From Lautropia sp. (GTDB taxonomy: Bacteria > Pseudomonadota > Gammaproteobacteria > Burkholderiales > Burkholderiaceae_E): a stretch of 64,000 nucleotides of DNA. The stretch spans positions 142,475-206,474 of the forward strand of contig JBFWSZ010000009.1 of assembly GCA_050248115.1 (NCBI GenBank), in the 5' to 3' direction. The notes under the pieces were generated by a model. The model was not told the origin of the DNA, made no database searches, and saw nothing but the letters and a program-made list of their open reading frames with translations. This document shows positions 1 to 8,431 of the stretch, piece after piece. The translations under genes were made by a program, and so were the position numbers. Each line of letters opens with the position of its first letter. The first letter of the stretch is position 1.

Positions 1-490
1 ATCACGCCGCTGTCGCCGGTCGCCGGCAGCGTGGTGGTGAAGACGTACTTGTTGACCGGCGAGCTGATCGCGTCCTGCGTCGCCGCCATCACCATGTACG
101 GCACCTTGCTCTCGATGAATTCGTCGCGGGCGGCGACGACCGCGGCGCTGCAGTTGCCACCGTGGATCATGAAGACCTTGTCGCTGTGGATCAGCTTCTT
201 GACCGCTGCCCGGGTCTTCGCCGGATCACAGGCGCCGTCCTCGTGGATGATCTCGATCTTGCGGCCGTGGATGCCGCCCTTGTCGTTGACGTCCTTGTAG
301 AGGGCGACCGCGCCGTTGTTGATCGGATAGCCGAAGATGCTGGTCTGTCCGGTCAGCGGCCCGAACATGCCGATCTTGATCGTCGAGTCCGTCACGCCGA
401 CTTCCGCGGCCCCTGCGAGGCCGACGCGGGCGATTGCCAGCCCTGCCACCGCCGCGGCGAGCGCCAATTTCGAGATTGCTGTCGTTGCCA
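1..490 (-). CDS. Leu/Ile/Val-type (LivK/LivJ family) ABC transporter periplasmic substrate-binding protein; 5' part only, gene continues past the window start
   Basis: Own reverse-strand translation from the ATG at 490-488: MATTAISKLALAAAVAGLAIARVGLAGAAEVGVTDSTIKIGMFGPLTGQTSIFGYPINNGAVALYKDVNDKGGIHGRKIEIIHEDGACDPAKTRAAVKKLIHSDKVFMIHGG... This shows a signal peptide plus family-typical IKIG..PLTG and GGI.GRKIE motifs. It is absent from the ORF track because no stop codon lies inside the window. Confidence 0.8.
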
Positions 491-555
491 TCAGTCTCCT
501 CCCTTCGAGTGGGTTCAACAAAACTAACACGAGCGTGTGCGATGCGGATCTGGTT

Positions 556-2367
556 TCACTTCGGCGACCGTCTCGATGGCGAGCGCTTCGGGCGCGCCTT
601 CGGGGTCGATGCCGTCCCGGGCTTCGTGCGCGCGGCGTCGCGGGTCTTCGCGCGGCGCTTGCGCAGTCGAGCCGTGGCGTCGATGTCGACGTCCGGCCGC
701 CCCGGCTTCATGACCACGCCATAGTCCCTGGCGGCGCCTTCGGCACTGACCAGCCCGTTGCGCACGTCCCGCTCGACGAGTGCGACGTCGCGCTTCAGCG
801 GGTCGCCGACGCCGCCCGCGCCTGCCGTCTGCCAGCTGATCAGGTCGCGCGCGCCGAGCCGGTACGTACCCTTCGAATGCAGCGGGACGGCCTTGCGGCG
901 ATCGGGGTTCAACGTGGTCGTGCCGAGCCGTCCGGCCTTGCCGCCGGCAAGGCCGTAGGGGGCGAAGCGATGCCTGTCGCCGAGGTTGTAGAGCGTGACC
1001 CCGTCCGCGAGTATCCGGAGATCCTTGCGCAGGCCGCAACCGCCGCGATAGGTGCCCGCGCCAGCCGAGTCCGGAATCAGTTCGAGTCGTTCGACCAGCA
1101 CCGGATTGCGGCTCTCCTGGATCTCGACCGGCACGTTGGTGCCGTTCCAGGGCGAGGACGTCGCCTCGACGCCGTCCTTGTCGGCCCGCGCGCCGATCCC
1201 GCCGATCACCGATTCCCAGCAGATGAACTGGCGCCCGGTCGTCGGATCCGTACCGCCGATGTTGGGGTTGAAGAAGTGCGAGGTCGCCGCGATCGCGCGT
1301 TCGGGCACCGCCATCGCGAGCGCGCCCATCGCGACCTCGTAGATCCGGTGCGAGGCGACCGCGCGCCCGCCACAGGGTGCCGGACGGGTCGCGTTGAAGA
1401 AGGAGCCGGGCGGGGCCTTCACCTCGATCGTGCGGATGATGCCCTCGTTCTGGGGCGCCTGCGGCAGGGTGACGCTCTTGAGCGCGGCGATCGAGTAGGC
1501 GGCCGTGTAGTGCAGGTAGCAGTTCATCCCCGCCTCGCGCTGCGGCCCGCTGCCGGCCCAGTCCATCACGACCGCGCCGTCGCGGATCGTGACGGTGATC
1601 CGTGCCTCGACGGGCTCGGTACCCGGGCCGGCGTCGTCGAGCCGATCCTCGAAGCGGTAGACGCCCTCGGGGAGCGCCCGGATCGCACTGCGCATGCGGG
1701 CCTCGCTCTCGTCGATCAGGCGCTTCATCGCGTCGCGCAGGGCCTGCACGCCGTAGCGCCTGGCGAGCGCCTGGATCCGGCGCGCCCCGGTCATGTTGGC
1801 GGTGTATTGCGCCCGCACGTCGCCGACGACCTCGGGCACGCGCACGTTGGCTTCGATGACGCGAAGGATGTCGCGTACCGGCTCGCCCCGGTCGAAGGCC
1901 TTCGTCGGCAGGAACCGCAGGCCTTCCTGGAAGTTGTCCTGGATGCCGGTGATCGTCTGCGAGCCGGCACCCGATCCGCCAATGTCGATCTGGTGCGCGA
2001 TGTTGACCGCGAAGCCCAGCAGCTCGCCGTCGAGGTGCACCGGGCAGATCATGTACAGGTCCGGCAGATGGCCGGCGCCGATGCCCGGGTCGTTGCAGAT
2101 GATCGCGTCCCCGGGCGACAGCGCGTGCGCGGGATAGTCCTCCAGTACGCGACGCACGCAATACGCCATCGAGCCGAGATGGCCGGGGCTGTAGTCACCC
2201 TGCGCGACCATGTCGCCGTCGGCGCTGAACACGCCGGTGGAGAAGTCCGAGCCCTCGCGCACGGCGACCGAGTAGGCGGTCCGCGTCAGGGTCACGCCCA
2301 TCTCGGCGGCGGTCGACAGCAGCCCGCCCCAGATCACCGAGAACGTGACCGGATCGATCGTGCTCAT
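556..2367 (-). CDS. hyuB: Hydantoinase B / oxoprolinase family protein (HyuB-like)
   Basis: 603-aa ORF. MSTIDPVTFSVIWGGLLSTAAEMGVTLTRTAYSVAVREGSDFSTGVF..DG.MVAQGDYSPGHLGSM is a typical HyuB N-terminus. ATGA start/stop overlap with hyuA at 2364-2367. Confidence 0.9.
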   Translation of the reverse strand: MSTIDPVTFSVIWGGLLSTAAEMGVTLTRTAYSVAVREGSDFSTGVFSADGDMVAQGDYSPGHLGSMAYCVRRVLEDYPAHALSPGDAIICNDPGIGAGHLPDLYMICPVHLDGELLGFAVNIAHQIDIGGSGAGSQTITGIQDNFQEGLRFLPTKAFDRGEPVRDILRVIEANVRVPEVVGDVRAQYTANMTGARRIQALARRYGVQALRDAMKRLIDESEARMRSAIRALPEGVYRFEDRLDDAGPGTEPVEARITVTIRDGAVVMDWAGSGPQREAGMNCYLHYTAAYSIAALKSVTLPQAPQNEGIIRTIEVKAPPGSFFNATRPAPCGGRAVASHRIYEVAMGALAMAVPERAIAATSHFFNPNIGGTDPTTGRQFICWESVIGGIGARADKDGVEATSSPWNGTNVPVEIQESRNPVLVERLELIPDSAGAGTYRGGCGLRKDLRILADGVTLYNLGDRHRFAPYGLAGGKAGRLGTTTLNPDRRKAVPLHSKGTYRLGARDLISWQTAGAGGVGDPLKRDVALVERDVRNGLVSAEGAARDYGVVMKPGRPDVDIDATARLRKRRAKTRDAARTKPGTASTPKARPKRSPSRRSPK

Positions 2368-4478
2368 CGCAAGGGCTCCGACGGTGCCAGGTCGACCACG
2401 ACGTGGCCTTCCGGGTCGAGATGGGCGTCGCAGTCCGGAATGACGACGATCGTCGATTCACGCTCCTCGATGAGCGCGGGTCCGGGCATGCGCTCGCCCG
2501 GCTTCAGGCGGTATCGATCGAAGACCGGGCAGCGGGTGAAGCCGCCGGTCTCGGGGAAGTACGCCTGGCGGTGTGCCTTGAGGGCCTGTGGCGCGTCGTG
2601 GTCGGGAGGTGGCCGCAGGATCGGCTTCAGGCCGGTGCCCGGGCGGCCGCTCGCCTTGATCCGGAAGTGGACGATCTCGATCGGATCCTCGCGATCGATG
2701 CTGCGCTCGCCGTAGGTCGACGCGTACGCATCCGCGAAGGCTTCGCGCAGCGTTCGGGCATCCGCGGCCCGATACCGCGCCTGCGGGAGGTCGACGGTGA
2801 TCTCGTAGCCCTGGCCGCGAAAGCGCATGTCGGCGCTTCGACGCAGGCGCACGCCCGAACGGATGCCGCAGGCGGCGAGTTGCCGCCGGCCTGCCGCCTC
2901 GAGTTCGCCGTAGATCGCGTTGATCGCCGTGATGGTGCCGGCGTCGAGCGCGACGATCCGGGTCTGGACGAGGTCGAAGGCCGGCTCGGCGACGAGCAGA
3001 CCGACCGCCGACTCGACCCCCGCATCGTGCGGAAAGACGACGCGGCTGCAGCCGAGCATGCGCGCGAGACGCACGCCGTGAACGGGGCCGGCGCCACCGA
3101 AGGGCACCAGGGCGAAGTCCCGCGGGTCCTTGCCCCTGCTCACCGAGACGACACGTGCGGCCTGGGCCATCGTGGCCGTGACCACTTCGTGGATGCCCCA
3201 GGCGGCGGCGGCGGTGTCGATGCCCAGCGGCTTGCCGATCGCCGCGTCGATGCCGCGACGCGCGGCCGGCAGATCGAGATGCATCTCGCCGCCCAGGAAG
3301 TGGTCGGCGTCGAGATAGCCCAGCACCAGATCGGCGTCGGTGACCGTCGGATCCACGCCGCCCCTCGCGTAGCAGATCGGCCCGGGCTCCGATCCCGCGC
3401 TCTGCGGGCCGACCGCGATCGCGCCCATCTCGACCCGCGCGATGCTTCCGCCGCCGGAGCCGATCTCGACCAGGTCGATCGCCGACACGTTGATCGGCAG
3501 GCCGCTGTTCCGCTTCAGGTGGACCATGTCCACCTCGAACTGGCTCGACAGCGCCGGTCGACCGGCCTCGATCAGGCAGACCTTGGCGGTCGTGCCGCCC
3601 ATGTCGAAGGACAACAGGTTGTCGGTGCCAGCGGCGCCGGTGTAGCGCGCGGCCGTGATCACGCCCGCGGCAGGCCCGCTTTCGATGATGCGGATCGGAA
3701 ACTGCTCGACGATGTCGGGCGTGGCGACCCCGCCGTTGGACTGCATGATGAAGAGCTTTTGCCGGAACCCGCGCTCGAGCAGTCCGCGCTCGATGCGCCG
3801 GACGTAGTCTCCGACGATCGGCATCAGGTAGGCATTGAGCGTCGTGGTGCTGGCGCGCTCGTACTCCCGGTATACCGGCGAGACGTCGCTGGACAGGCAG
3901 ATCGACAGGCCCGGGGCCGCGTCACGGACGATCTGCGCTGCCCGCCGTTCGTGCGAGGCGTTGGCGTACGAATGCAGGAACACGATCGCCACCGTCCGGA
4001 TGCCGGCGGCCACCATCTGCCGGGCGGCGCGCCTCACGCCCGCCTCGTCCAGGGCGGTCAGCTCGGTGCCGTCGTGGCGCATGCGGCCCGCCGCCTCCCA
4101 GATGTGATCCCGGGTGACGACCGGTACCGGCTTGTCGATGCTGTTGTCGTAGAGATCCCAGCGCTTCTGGCGCCCGATCAGCAGCACGTCGCGAAAGCCC
4201 TTCGTCGTCAGCAGCCCGGTCGCCGGACCGTTGCGCTGGATCACCGCATTGGTGGCGACGGTCGTCGCATGGATCGCCTCGGCGAGGGCCGCGACGCTCA
4301 GGCCGGCGCGTGCCACGAGCTCGTCCAGGCCCTGGAGCACCGCGATCGAGGGGTCGGCGGGGGTGCTTAGGATCTTGCGAACGTGCATTTCCCCCGCGGC
4401 CTCGTCGTACAGCGCGAGATCGGTGAAGGTGCCGCCGACGTCGACACCGATCCGGCAGCGCGCGCCGCGGCGGCTCAT
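2364..4478 (-). CDS. hyuA: Hydantoinase A / oxoprolinase family protein (HyuA-like)
   Basis: The ORF 2364-4529 contains MSRRGARCRIGVDVGGTFTDLALYDEAAG..., the ATPase-fold IGVDVGGTFTD motif of HyuA. I chose the internal ATG at 4478, which forms an ATGA overlap with the stop of the upstream LysR gene (4475-4477). Confidence 0.88.
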   Translation of the reverse strand: MSRRGARCRIGVDVGGTFTDLALYDEAAGEMHVRKILSTPADPSIAVLQGLDELVARAGLSVAALAEAIHATTVATNAVIQRNGPATGLLTTKGFRDVLLIGRQKRWDLYDNSIDKPVPVVTRDHIWEAAGRMRHDGTELTALDEAGVRRAARQMVAAGIRTVAIVFLHSYANASHERRAAQIVRDAAPGLSICLSSDVSPVYREYERASTTTLNAYLMPIVGDYVRRIERGLLERGFRQKLFIMQSNGGVATPDIVEQFPIRIIESGPAAGVITAARYTGAAGTDNLLSFDMGGTTAKVCLIEAGRPALSSQFEVDMVHLKRNSGLPINVSAIDLVEIGSGGGSIARVEMGAIAVGPQSAGSEPGPICYARGGVDPTVTDADLVLGYLDADHFLGGEMHLDLPAARRGIDAAIGKPLGIDTAAAAWGIHEVVTATMAQAARVVSVSRGKDPRDFALVPFGGAGPVHGVRLARMLGCSRVVFPHDAGVESAVGLLVAEPAFDLVQTRIVALDAGTITAINAIYGELEAAGRRQLAACGIRSGVRLRRSADMRFRGQGYEITVDLPQARYRAADARTLREAFADAYASTYGERSIDREDPIEIVHFRIKASGRPGTGLKPILRPPPDHDAPQALKAHRQAYFPETGGFTRCPVFDRYRLKPGERMPGPALIEERESTIVVIPDCDAHLDPEGHVVVDLAPSEPLR

Positions 4479-5389
4479 ATCGGCCTGGCCCACGTCGAGA
4501 ACAGGTCGACGAAGAGCTCGCGCATCCATCGGATCGGCGGATCCTCTGCGAAGCGGGTGTGCCAGAACAGCGAGACGTTGAAGTCGGGGATCTCGATCGG
4601 GAGCGGATGGATGCGTGCCGCGGCGAGCGACGACAGCGCCCTTGCAGCGCCGCCGGGCAGCGTCACGACGCGGTCCGTCGTCGAGACGATCATCGGGATC
4701 ACCATGTAGTGCTGGACGCGCAGCGTGAACTCGCGCTTGATCCCGTTGGCGGCAAAGCTGCGCTCGATGTTCCGGTGGTCGGAGCCGAGCGATTCGATCA
4801 GCACGTGGGTCGCGGACTTGAAGTTGTCCGCGTTCATGCCGCCTCGCCGGAGCATCGGGTGGCCCTTGCGGGTCATGCAGACGTAGCGCTCGCGGTAGAG
4901 CGCGGCGTGCTGGACGCTTCGCGTGAGGCTCGGCAGGTACCCGGCCGCGAAGTCGATCTCGCCGGACTCGAGGCGCTCGACGATCTCGCGCGAGTCGAGC
5001 TGCGCGGACTCGACCCGCACCCCGACACCGAGTTCATCCAGGCGCTGCACCAGCGGCGGCAGGAAGACCATCTCGCCGATGTCGGTCATGTGAAAGCGGA
5101 AGGTGCGACGCGACTGCTGCGCGTCGAAGCGCTTCTCGCGCTTGGTCGCCGAGCGGATCAGCGTGAGCGCCTGCATCAGCGGGCGCGACAGCTCCAGCGC
5201 GCGGGGCGTGGCGAGCATCCCGCTGCCGGTGTTGACGAACAAGGGGTCGTCGAACTGTCGGCGAAGCCGGCCGAGCGCATTGCTCATCGCGGACTGCGTG
5301 AGACCGATGTGGCCTGCGGCAACGGTCACGTTCTGGTGCAGCAGCATGGCCTCGAAAACCAGCAACAGGTTCAGGTCGGGCACGAGCAC
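4475..5389 (-). CDS. LysR-family transcriptional regulator
   Basis: 304 aa with a GTG start. The N-terminal wHTH DLNLLLVFEAMLLHQNVTVAAGHIGLTQSAMSNALGRLRRQFDDPLF is typical of LysR-type regulators (LTTRs). The remainder looks like an LTTR substrate-binding domain. Confidence 0.9.
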   Translation of the reverse strand: MLVPDLNLLLVFEAMLLHQNVTVAAGHIGLTQSAMSNALGRLRRQFDDPLFVNTGSGMLATPRALELSRPLMQALTLIRSATKREKRFDAQQSRRTFRFHMTDIGEMVFLPPLVQRLDELGVGVRVESAQLDSREIVERLESGEIDFAAGYLPSLTRSVQHAALYRERYVCMTRKGHPMLRRGGMNADNFKSATHVLIESLGSDHRNIERSFAANGIKREFTLRVQHYMVIPMIVSTTDRVVTLPGGAARALSSLAAARIHPLPIEIPDFNVSLFWHTRFAEDPPIRWMRELFVDLFSTWARPI

Positions 5390-5564
5390 GTCCGGGCATG
5401 GAGCGGAAAAATACTAGCACATGCCGTCATGGATTTGACAAATGGCGGCGGGCGTCAATATCCTCTGGCCTTCGCGCAATCGGCGCAGCATCGCCGGCGC
5501 CTCGCGCACCTCCGTCGGATCACCGCTGCGCATTGCGCCGCAACAATCCTCTCGCGGGAACACG

Positions 5565-6359
5565 ATGAGAATCTGGCACCAGAGCTTTACCGTCCTCGAG
5601 ACGCTTCCGGCGTATTCGCAGGCGATCGAGCGGCACATCCGCAAGGTGGTGCGCGCGGACACCGAAGTCGTGATGCACGGACTGAAGGAGGGAACCTACC
5701 CGACGAACTACCCCGGCACCGACATCGCGTTCTCCTCGCTCTACACGATGCACGCGATGCAGTGGTTCACGCAGGCGGTCAAGGCGCAGGACGGCGGCTT
5801 CGACGCGTATGCGATGTGCACGCTGCCGAACCCGTTCATCCGCGAGATCCGCAGCCTCGTCGACATGCCGGTCGTGGGCTATGGCGAAGCGAGCTTCCAC
5901 CTCGCGTGCATGCTCGGGCATCGCTTCGGCCTGCTGGTGTTCATCGACCGGATGGTTCCGCTGTTCGAGGAGCAGATCGGCATCTACGGATTGCAGAGCC
6001 GATGCACGGGCGTCAAGCCCGTCGGGTTCACCTTCCACGACGTGCTGAACGCGTGGAACGACCCGGGCGAACTGATCGAGCGCTTCGAACGCAGTGCGCT
6101 CGAACTGATCGGCCGGGGTGCCGACGTCATCGTGCCCGGCGAGATGCCGCTGAACATCCTGCTCGCTTCCAACGGCGTCACGCGTGTGAAGGACGTGCCC
6201 ATCCTGGACGGCATCGCCGTCACGCTCAAGATGGCCGAGAGCCTGGTCGACCTGAAGCGCAGCGTGGGCTTGTCGCAGAGCCGGCACGGGTGGATGAACG
6301 CGACGCCACCGCGCGAGCGTGTCGATCAGGTACTCGCGTTCTACGGCCTGAACCGGTAG
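5565..6359 (+). CDS. Asp/Glu/hydantoin racemase-fold protein (HyuE-like), paralogue 1
   Basis: Internal ATG at 5565 of ORF 5442-6359: MRIWHQSFTV... The loop DAYAMCTLPNPFIREIRSLVDMPVVGYGEAS matches the first catalytic-Cys loop of hydantoin/allantoin racemases. The second loop (ADVIVPGEMPLNIL) has no Cys. Confidence 0.8.
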   Translation: MRIWHQSFTVLETLPAYSQAIERHIRKVVRADTEVVMHGLKEGTYPTNYPGTDIAFSSLYTMHAMQWFTQAVKAQDGGFDAYAMCTLPNPFIREIRSLVDMPVVGYGEASFHLACMLGHRFGLLVFIDRMVPLFEEQIGIYGLQSRCTGVKPVGFTFHDVLNAWNDPGELIERFERSALELIGRGADVIVPGEMPLNILLASNGVTRVKDVPILDGIAVTLKMAESLVDLKRSVGLSQSRHGWMNATPPRERVDQVLAFYGLNR

Positions 6360-6423
6360 AGACGGCGGCACCCGCGCGAGCGCGCGTCGCCTTCGACCTT
6401 TCATCCTTCATCGGAGCACGGAC

Positions 6424-7395
6424 ATGCCACTGCCCAAGCGGATCACGATTCACGAACTCGGCCCGCGCGAGGGCATGCAGATCGAGAAGAACCCGGTCGC
6501 GACCTCGGAAAAGGTCCGGCTGGTCGACATGCTCTCCGATTGCAACTTCCCGGAGATCGAGGTCACGTCGTTCGTGAGCCCCAAGTGGGTGCCGCAGATG
6601 GCGGATGCAGAGGAGGTGGTCGCCGGCTTCAGGCGCCGCGACGGCACGCGCTACACCTGCGTGTACCTGAACACGCAGGGCATGCAGCGCGCGGTGATGA
6701 CGAAGAAGCTCGACGTGCACGGCAGTCTCAGCGTCACCGCGAGCGAGGCGTTCTCCAGGAAGAACACCAATCGCGGCATCGACGAGACCTTCGTCGAGAC
6801 CGAGAAGCGCATCGAAGGCTTCGAGCGCTTCGGCGTGCGGGCCGAGGAGGTCAGCGTGATGGCGGCCTTCGGCTGCAACTACAGCGGGGAGATTGGCGCC
6901 GACCACGTCGTGGGACTGATCGATCGCCTGATGCGCATGGCCGGCGAACACGGGCTCGAGATCGAGCTGATCCAGCTCGCCGACACGATGGGCTGGGCGA
7001 ATCCGCTGTCGATCCGCAGGCTCGTCGGGAAGGTCCAGGATCGCTGGCCCGAGCAGCGCATCAACCTGCATCTTCACGACACGCGCGGGCTCGGGCTGAG
7101 CAACGCGTTCGCGGCGATGGAGATGGGGGTCGACGATTTCGACTCGGCCGTGGCGGGTCTCGGCGGCTGCCCCTATGCGGGCTTCAAGGATGCCCCCGGC
7201 AATATCGCGACGGAGGATCTGGTGCACCTGTGCCAGGAGATCGGTGTCGAGACGGGCGTCGACCTGGAGCGCCTTCTGGACGTCGCACGCGAAGCCGAGC
7301 GGATCGTCGGCCATCCGCTGCCCGGCAAGGTGATGCGCGGCGGGCATCTCGACGGCTACCGACGTGCAGCGCAGGCTGCGGCCCGACAGGCCTGA
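6424..7395 (+). CDS. HMG-CoA lyase-like (HMGL/DRE-TIM family) acyl-CoA lyase
   Basis: 323 aa. The motifs ITIHELGPREGMQIEK...VEVTSFVSPKWVPQMAD...HLHDTRGLGLSNAFAAMEMGV..FDSAVAGLGGCPYA are the hallmark metal and active-site motifs of HMG-CoA lyase relatives. GGAG RBS upstream. Confidence 0.88.
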   Translation: MPLPKRITIHELGPREGMQIEKNPVATSEKVRLVDMLSDCNFPEIEVTSFVSPKWVPQMADAEEVVAGFRRRDGTRYTCVYLNTQGMQRAVMTKKLDVHGSLSVTASEAFSRKNTNRGIDETFVETEKRIEGFERFGVRAEEVSVMAAFGCNYSGEIGADHVVGLIDRLMRMAGEHGLEIELIQLADTMGWANPLSIRRLVGKVQDRWPEQRINLHLHDTRGLGLSNAFAAMEMGVDDFDSAVAGLGGCPYAGFKDAPGNIATEDLVHLCQEIGVETGVDLERLLDVAREAERIVGHPLPGKVMRGGHLDGYRRAAQAAARQA

Positions 7396-7399
7396 CGCC

Positions 7400-7930
7400 A
7401 TGACGGCTGCGCAGACCGACTACGCGTCCTACATCGGACGGCGCGGCGAGCCGAAGGTGTCGACGGCGCCGCTCGAGCGCGACACGCTTCGCCGCTTCGT
7501 GCAGGCGATCATGGATCGCGACCCGCTCTATTACGACGACGCCCATGCGGCCGCCACCGCCTTCGGAACGCTGGTGGCGCCGCCGCTCTATCCGGTTCAC
7601 GCGTTCCGGACCGCGGCCGGCGCGCCCGATCCGCTGGACGCCGTCCAGGCCGATCCCGACGCCGACGGCAGCGCAGGCAACGACGGCATGTTCTTCGGCC
7701 TGGAGCCGATCGCGTCGCCGTTCAAGCGCCTGCTGAACGGCGGCAACGAGATCGAGTTCTTCCGCTGCCTCGCGCTCGGCGAGCGGTGCGTCGCCCAGGC
7801 GCGCTACGCGAACGTCGTGCTCAAGGAGGGCAAGAGCGGCCCGATGCTGCTGGTCGACATCGAGACGACGTTCCGTACCGAGGCGGGCGAGCTGTTGCTG
7901 ATCAACCGCCAGACCCTGATCTGGAGGTAG
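7400..7930 (+). CDS. MaoC_dehydrat_N-type hot-dog protein (first half of a split (R)-enoyl-CoA hydratase)
   Basis: ATG at 7400 within ORF 7364-7930, 5 nt after the lyase stop. About 176 aa with FVQAIMDRDPLYYDD...LNGGNEIEFF..., typical of the FAS1-like/MaoC N-terminal dehydratase domain. Confidence 0.7.
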   Translation: MTAAQTDYASYIGRRGEPKVSTAPLERDTLRRFVQAIMDRDPLYYDDAHAAATAFGTLVAPPLYPVHAFRTAAGAPDPLDAVQADPDADGSAGNDGMFFGLEPIASPFKRLLNGGNEIEFFRCLALGERCVAQARYANVVLKEGKSGPMLLVDIETTFRTEAGELLLINRQTLIWR

Positions 7931-7935
7931 TGGCC

Positions 7936-8430
7936 GTGGACTACGAGGCGATCGAGGTCGGGCAGACACTGGCCACGCTCGACAAGGGCGTCATCACCAC
8001 CGCGCACATCATGCGGTGGTCGGCCGCGGTCGAGAACTGGCACCGCATCCATTACGACCAGACCTTCGCGAAGGAGCACGACAAGCTGCCCGACGTCCTG
8101 ATCAACGGATCGTGGAAGCAGCACGTGCTCGTGCAGCTCGTCAAGGATGTCCTGGGCCCGCGGGGCTGGCTGTGGCGACTGAAGTTCCGCTATCGACGGA
8201 TGGACGTGGCCCGCGACGCGATCCGGGCCGAGGCGATCGTGCTCGCGAAGCAGCAGATCGACGGGTTCGGATTCCTGACGCTGCAGATCCGGCTGCTCAA
8301 CCAGGCGCAGGCGGTCTCGACGTCCGGGCACGCGATCGGCGTGCTGCCGGTCCGCGGTGGCGCCGAGGTGCCGTATCCGTTCGTGCCCACACCTGGATGC
8401 GCGGTGCTGCAGTTTCCGCAGGACGACTGA
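7936..8430 (+). CDS. MaoC-like hot-dog dehydratase (second half of the split hydratase)
   Basis: Tail of ORF 7786-8430: VDYEAIEVGQTLATLDKGVITTAHIMRWSAAVENWHRIHYDQTFAKEHDKLPDVLINGSWK... is a MaoC motif region. GTG at 7936 lies 8 nt after GGAGG. GTG at 7930 is an alternative start. Confidence 0.75.
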   Translation: MDYEAIEVGQTLATLDKGVITTAHIMRWSAAVENWHRIHYDQTFAKEHDKLPDVLINGSWKQHVLVQLVKDVLGPRGWLWRLKFRYRRMDVARDAIRAEAIVLAKQQIDGFGFLTLQIRLLNQAQAVSTSGHAIGVLPVRGGAEVPYPFVPTPGCAVLQFPQDD

Positions 8431-8431
8431 A

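Noticed and set aside
337-2715. 792-aa ORF on the plus strand (also 524-2161 minus, 545 aa)
   Set aside because: It lies antisense to, or out of frame with, the clearly recognisable hyuB/hyuA genes. The translation is Arg/Ala/Gly/Pro-rich low complexity with no family motif. This is a typical shadow ORF of very GC-rich DNA, where stop codons are rare.
5435-5458. TTGAC-N14-GTCAA dyad in the LysR/racemase divergent promoter as a possible LTTR box
   Set aside because: The arms are only 5 bp and the spacing does not fit the classic T-N11-A LTTR motif. It cannot be told apart from chance without footprinting or conservation data.
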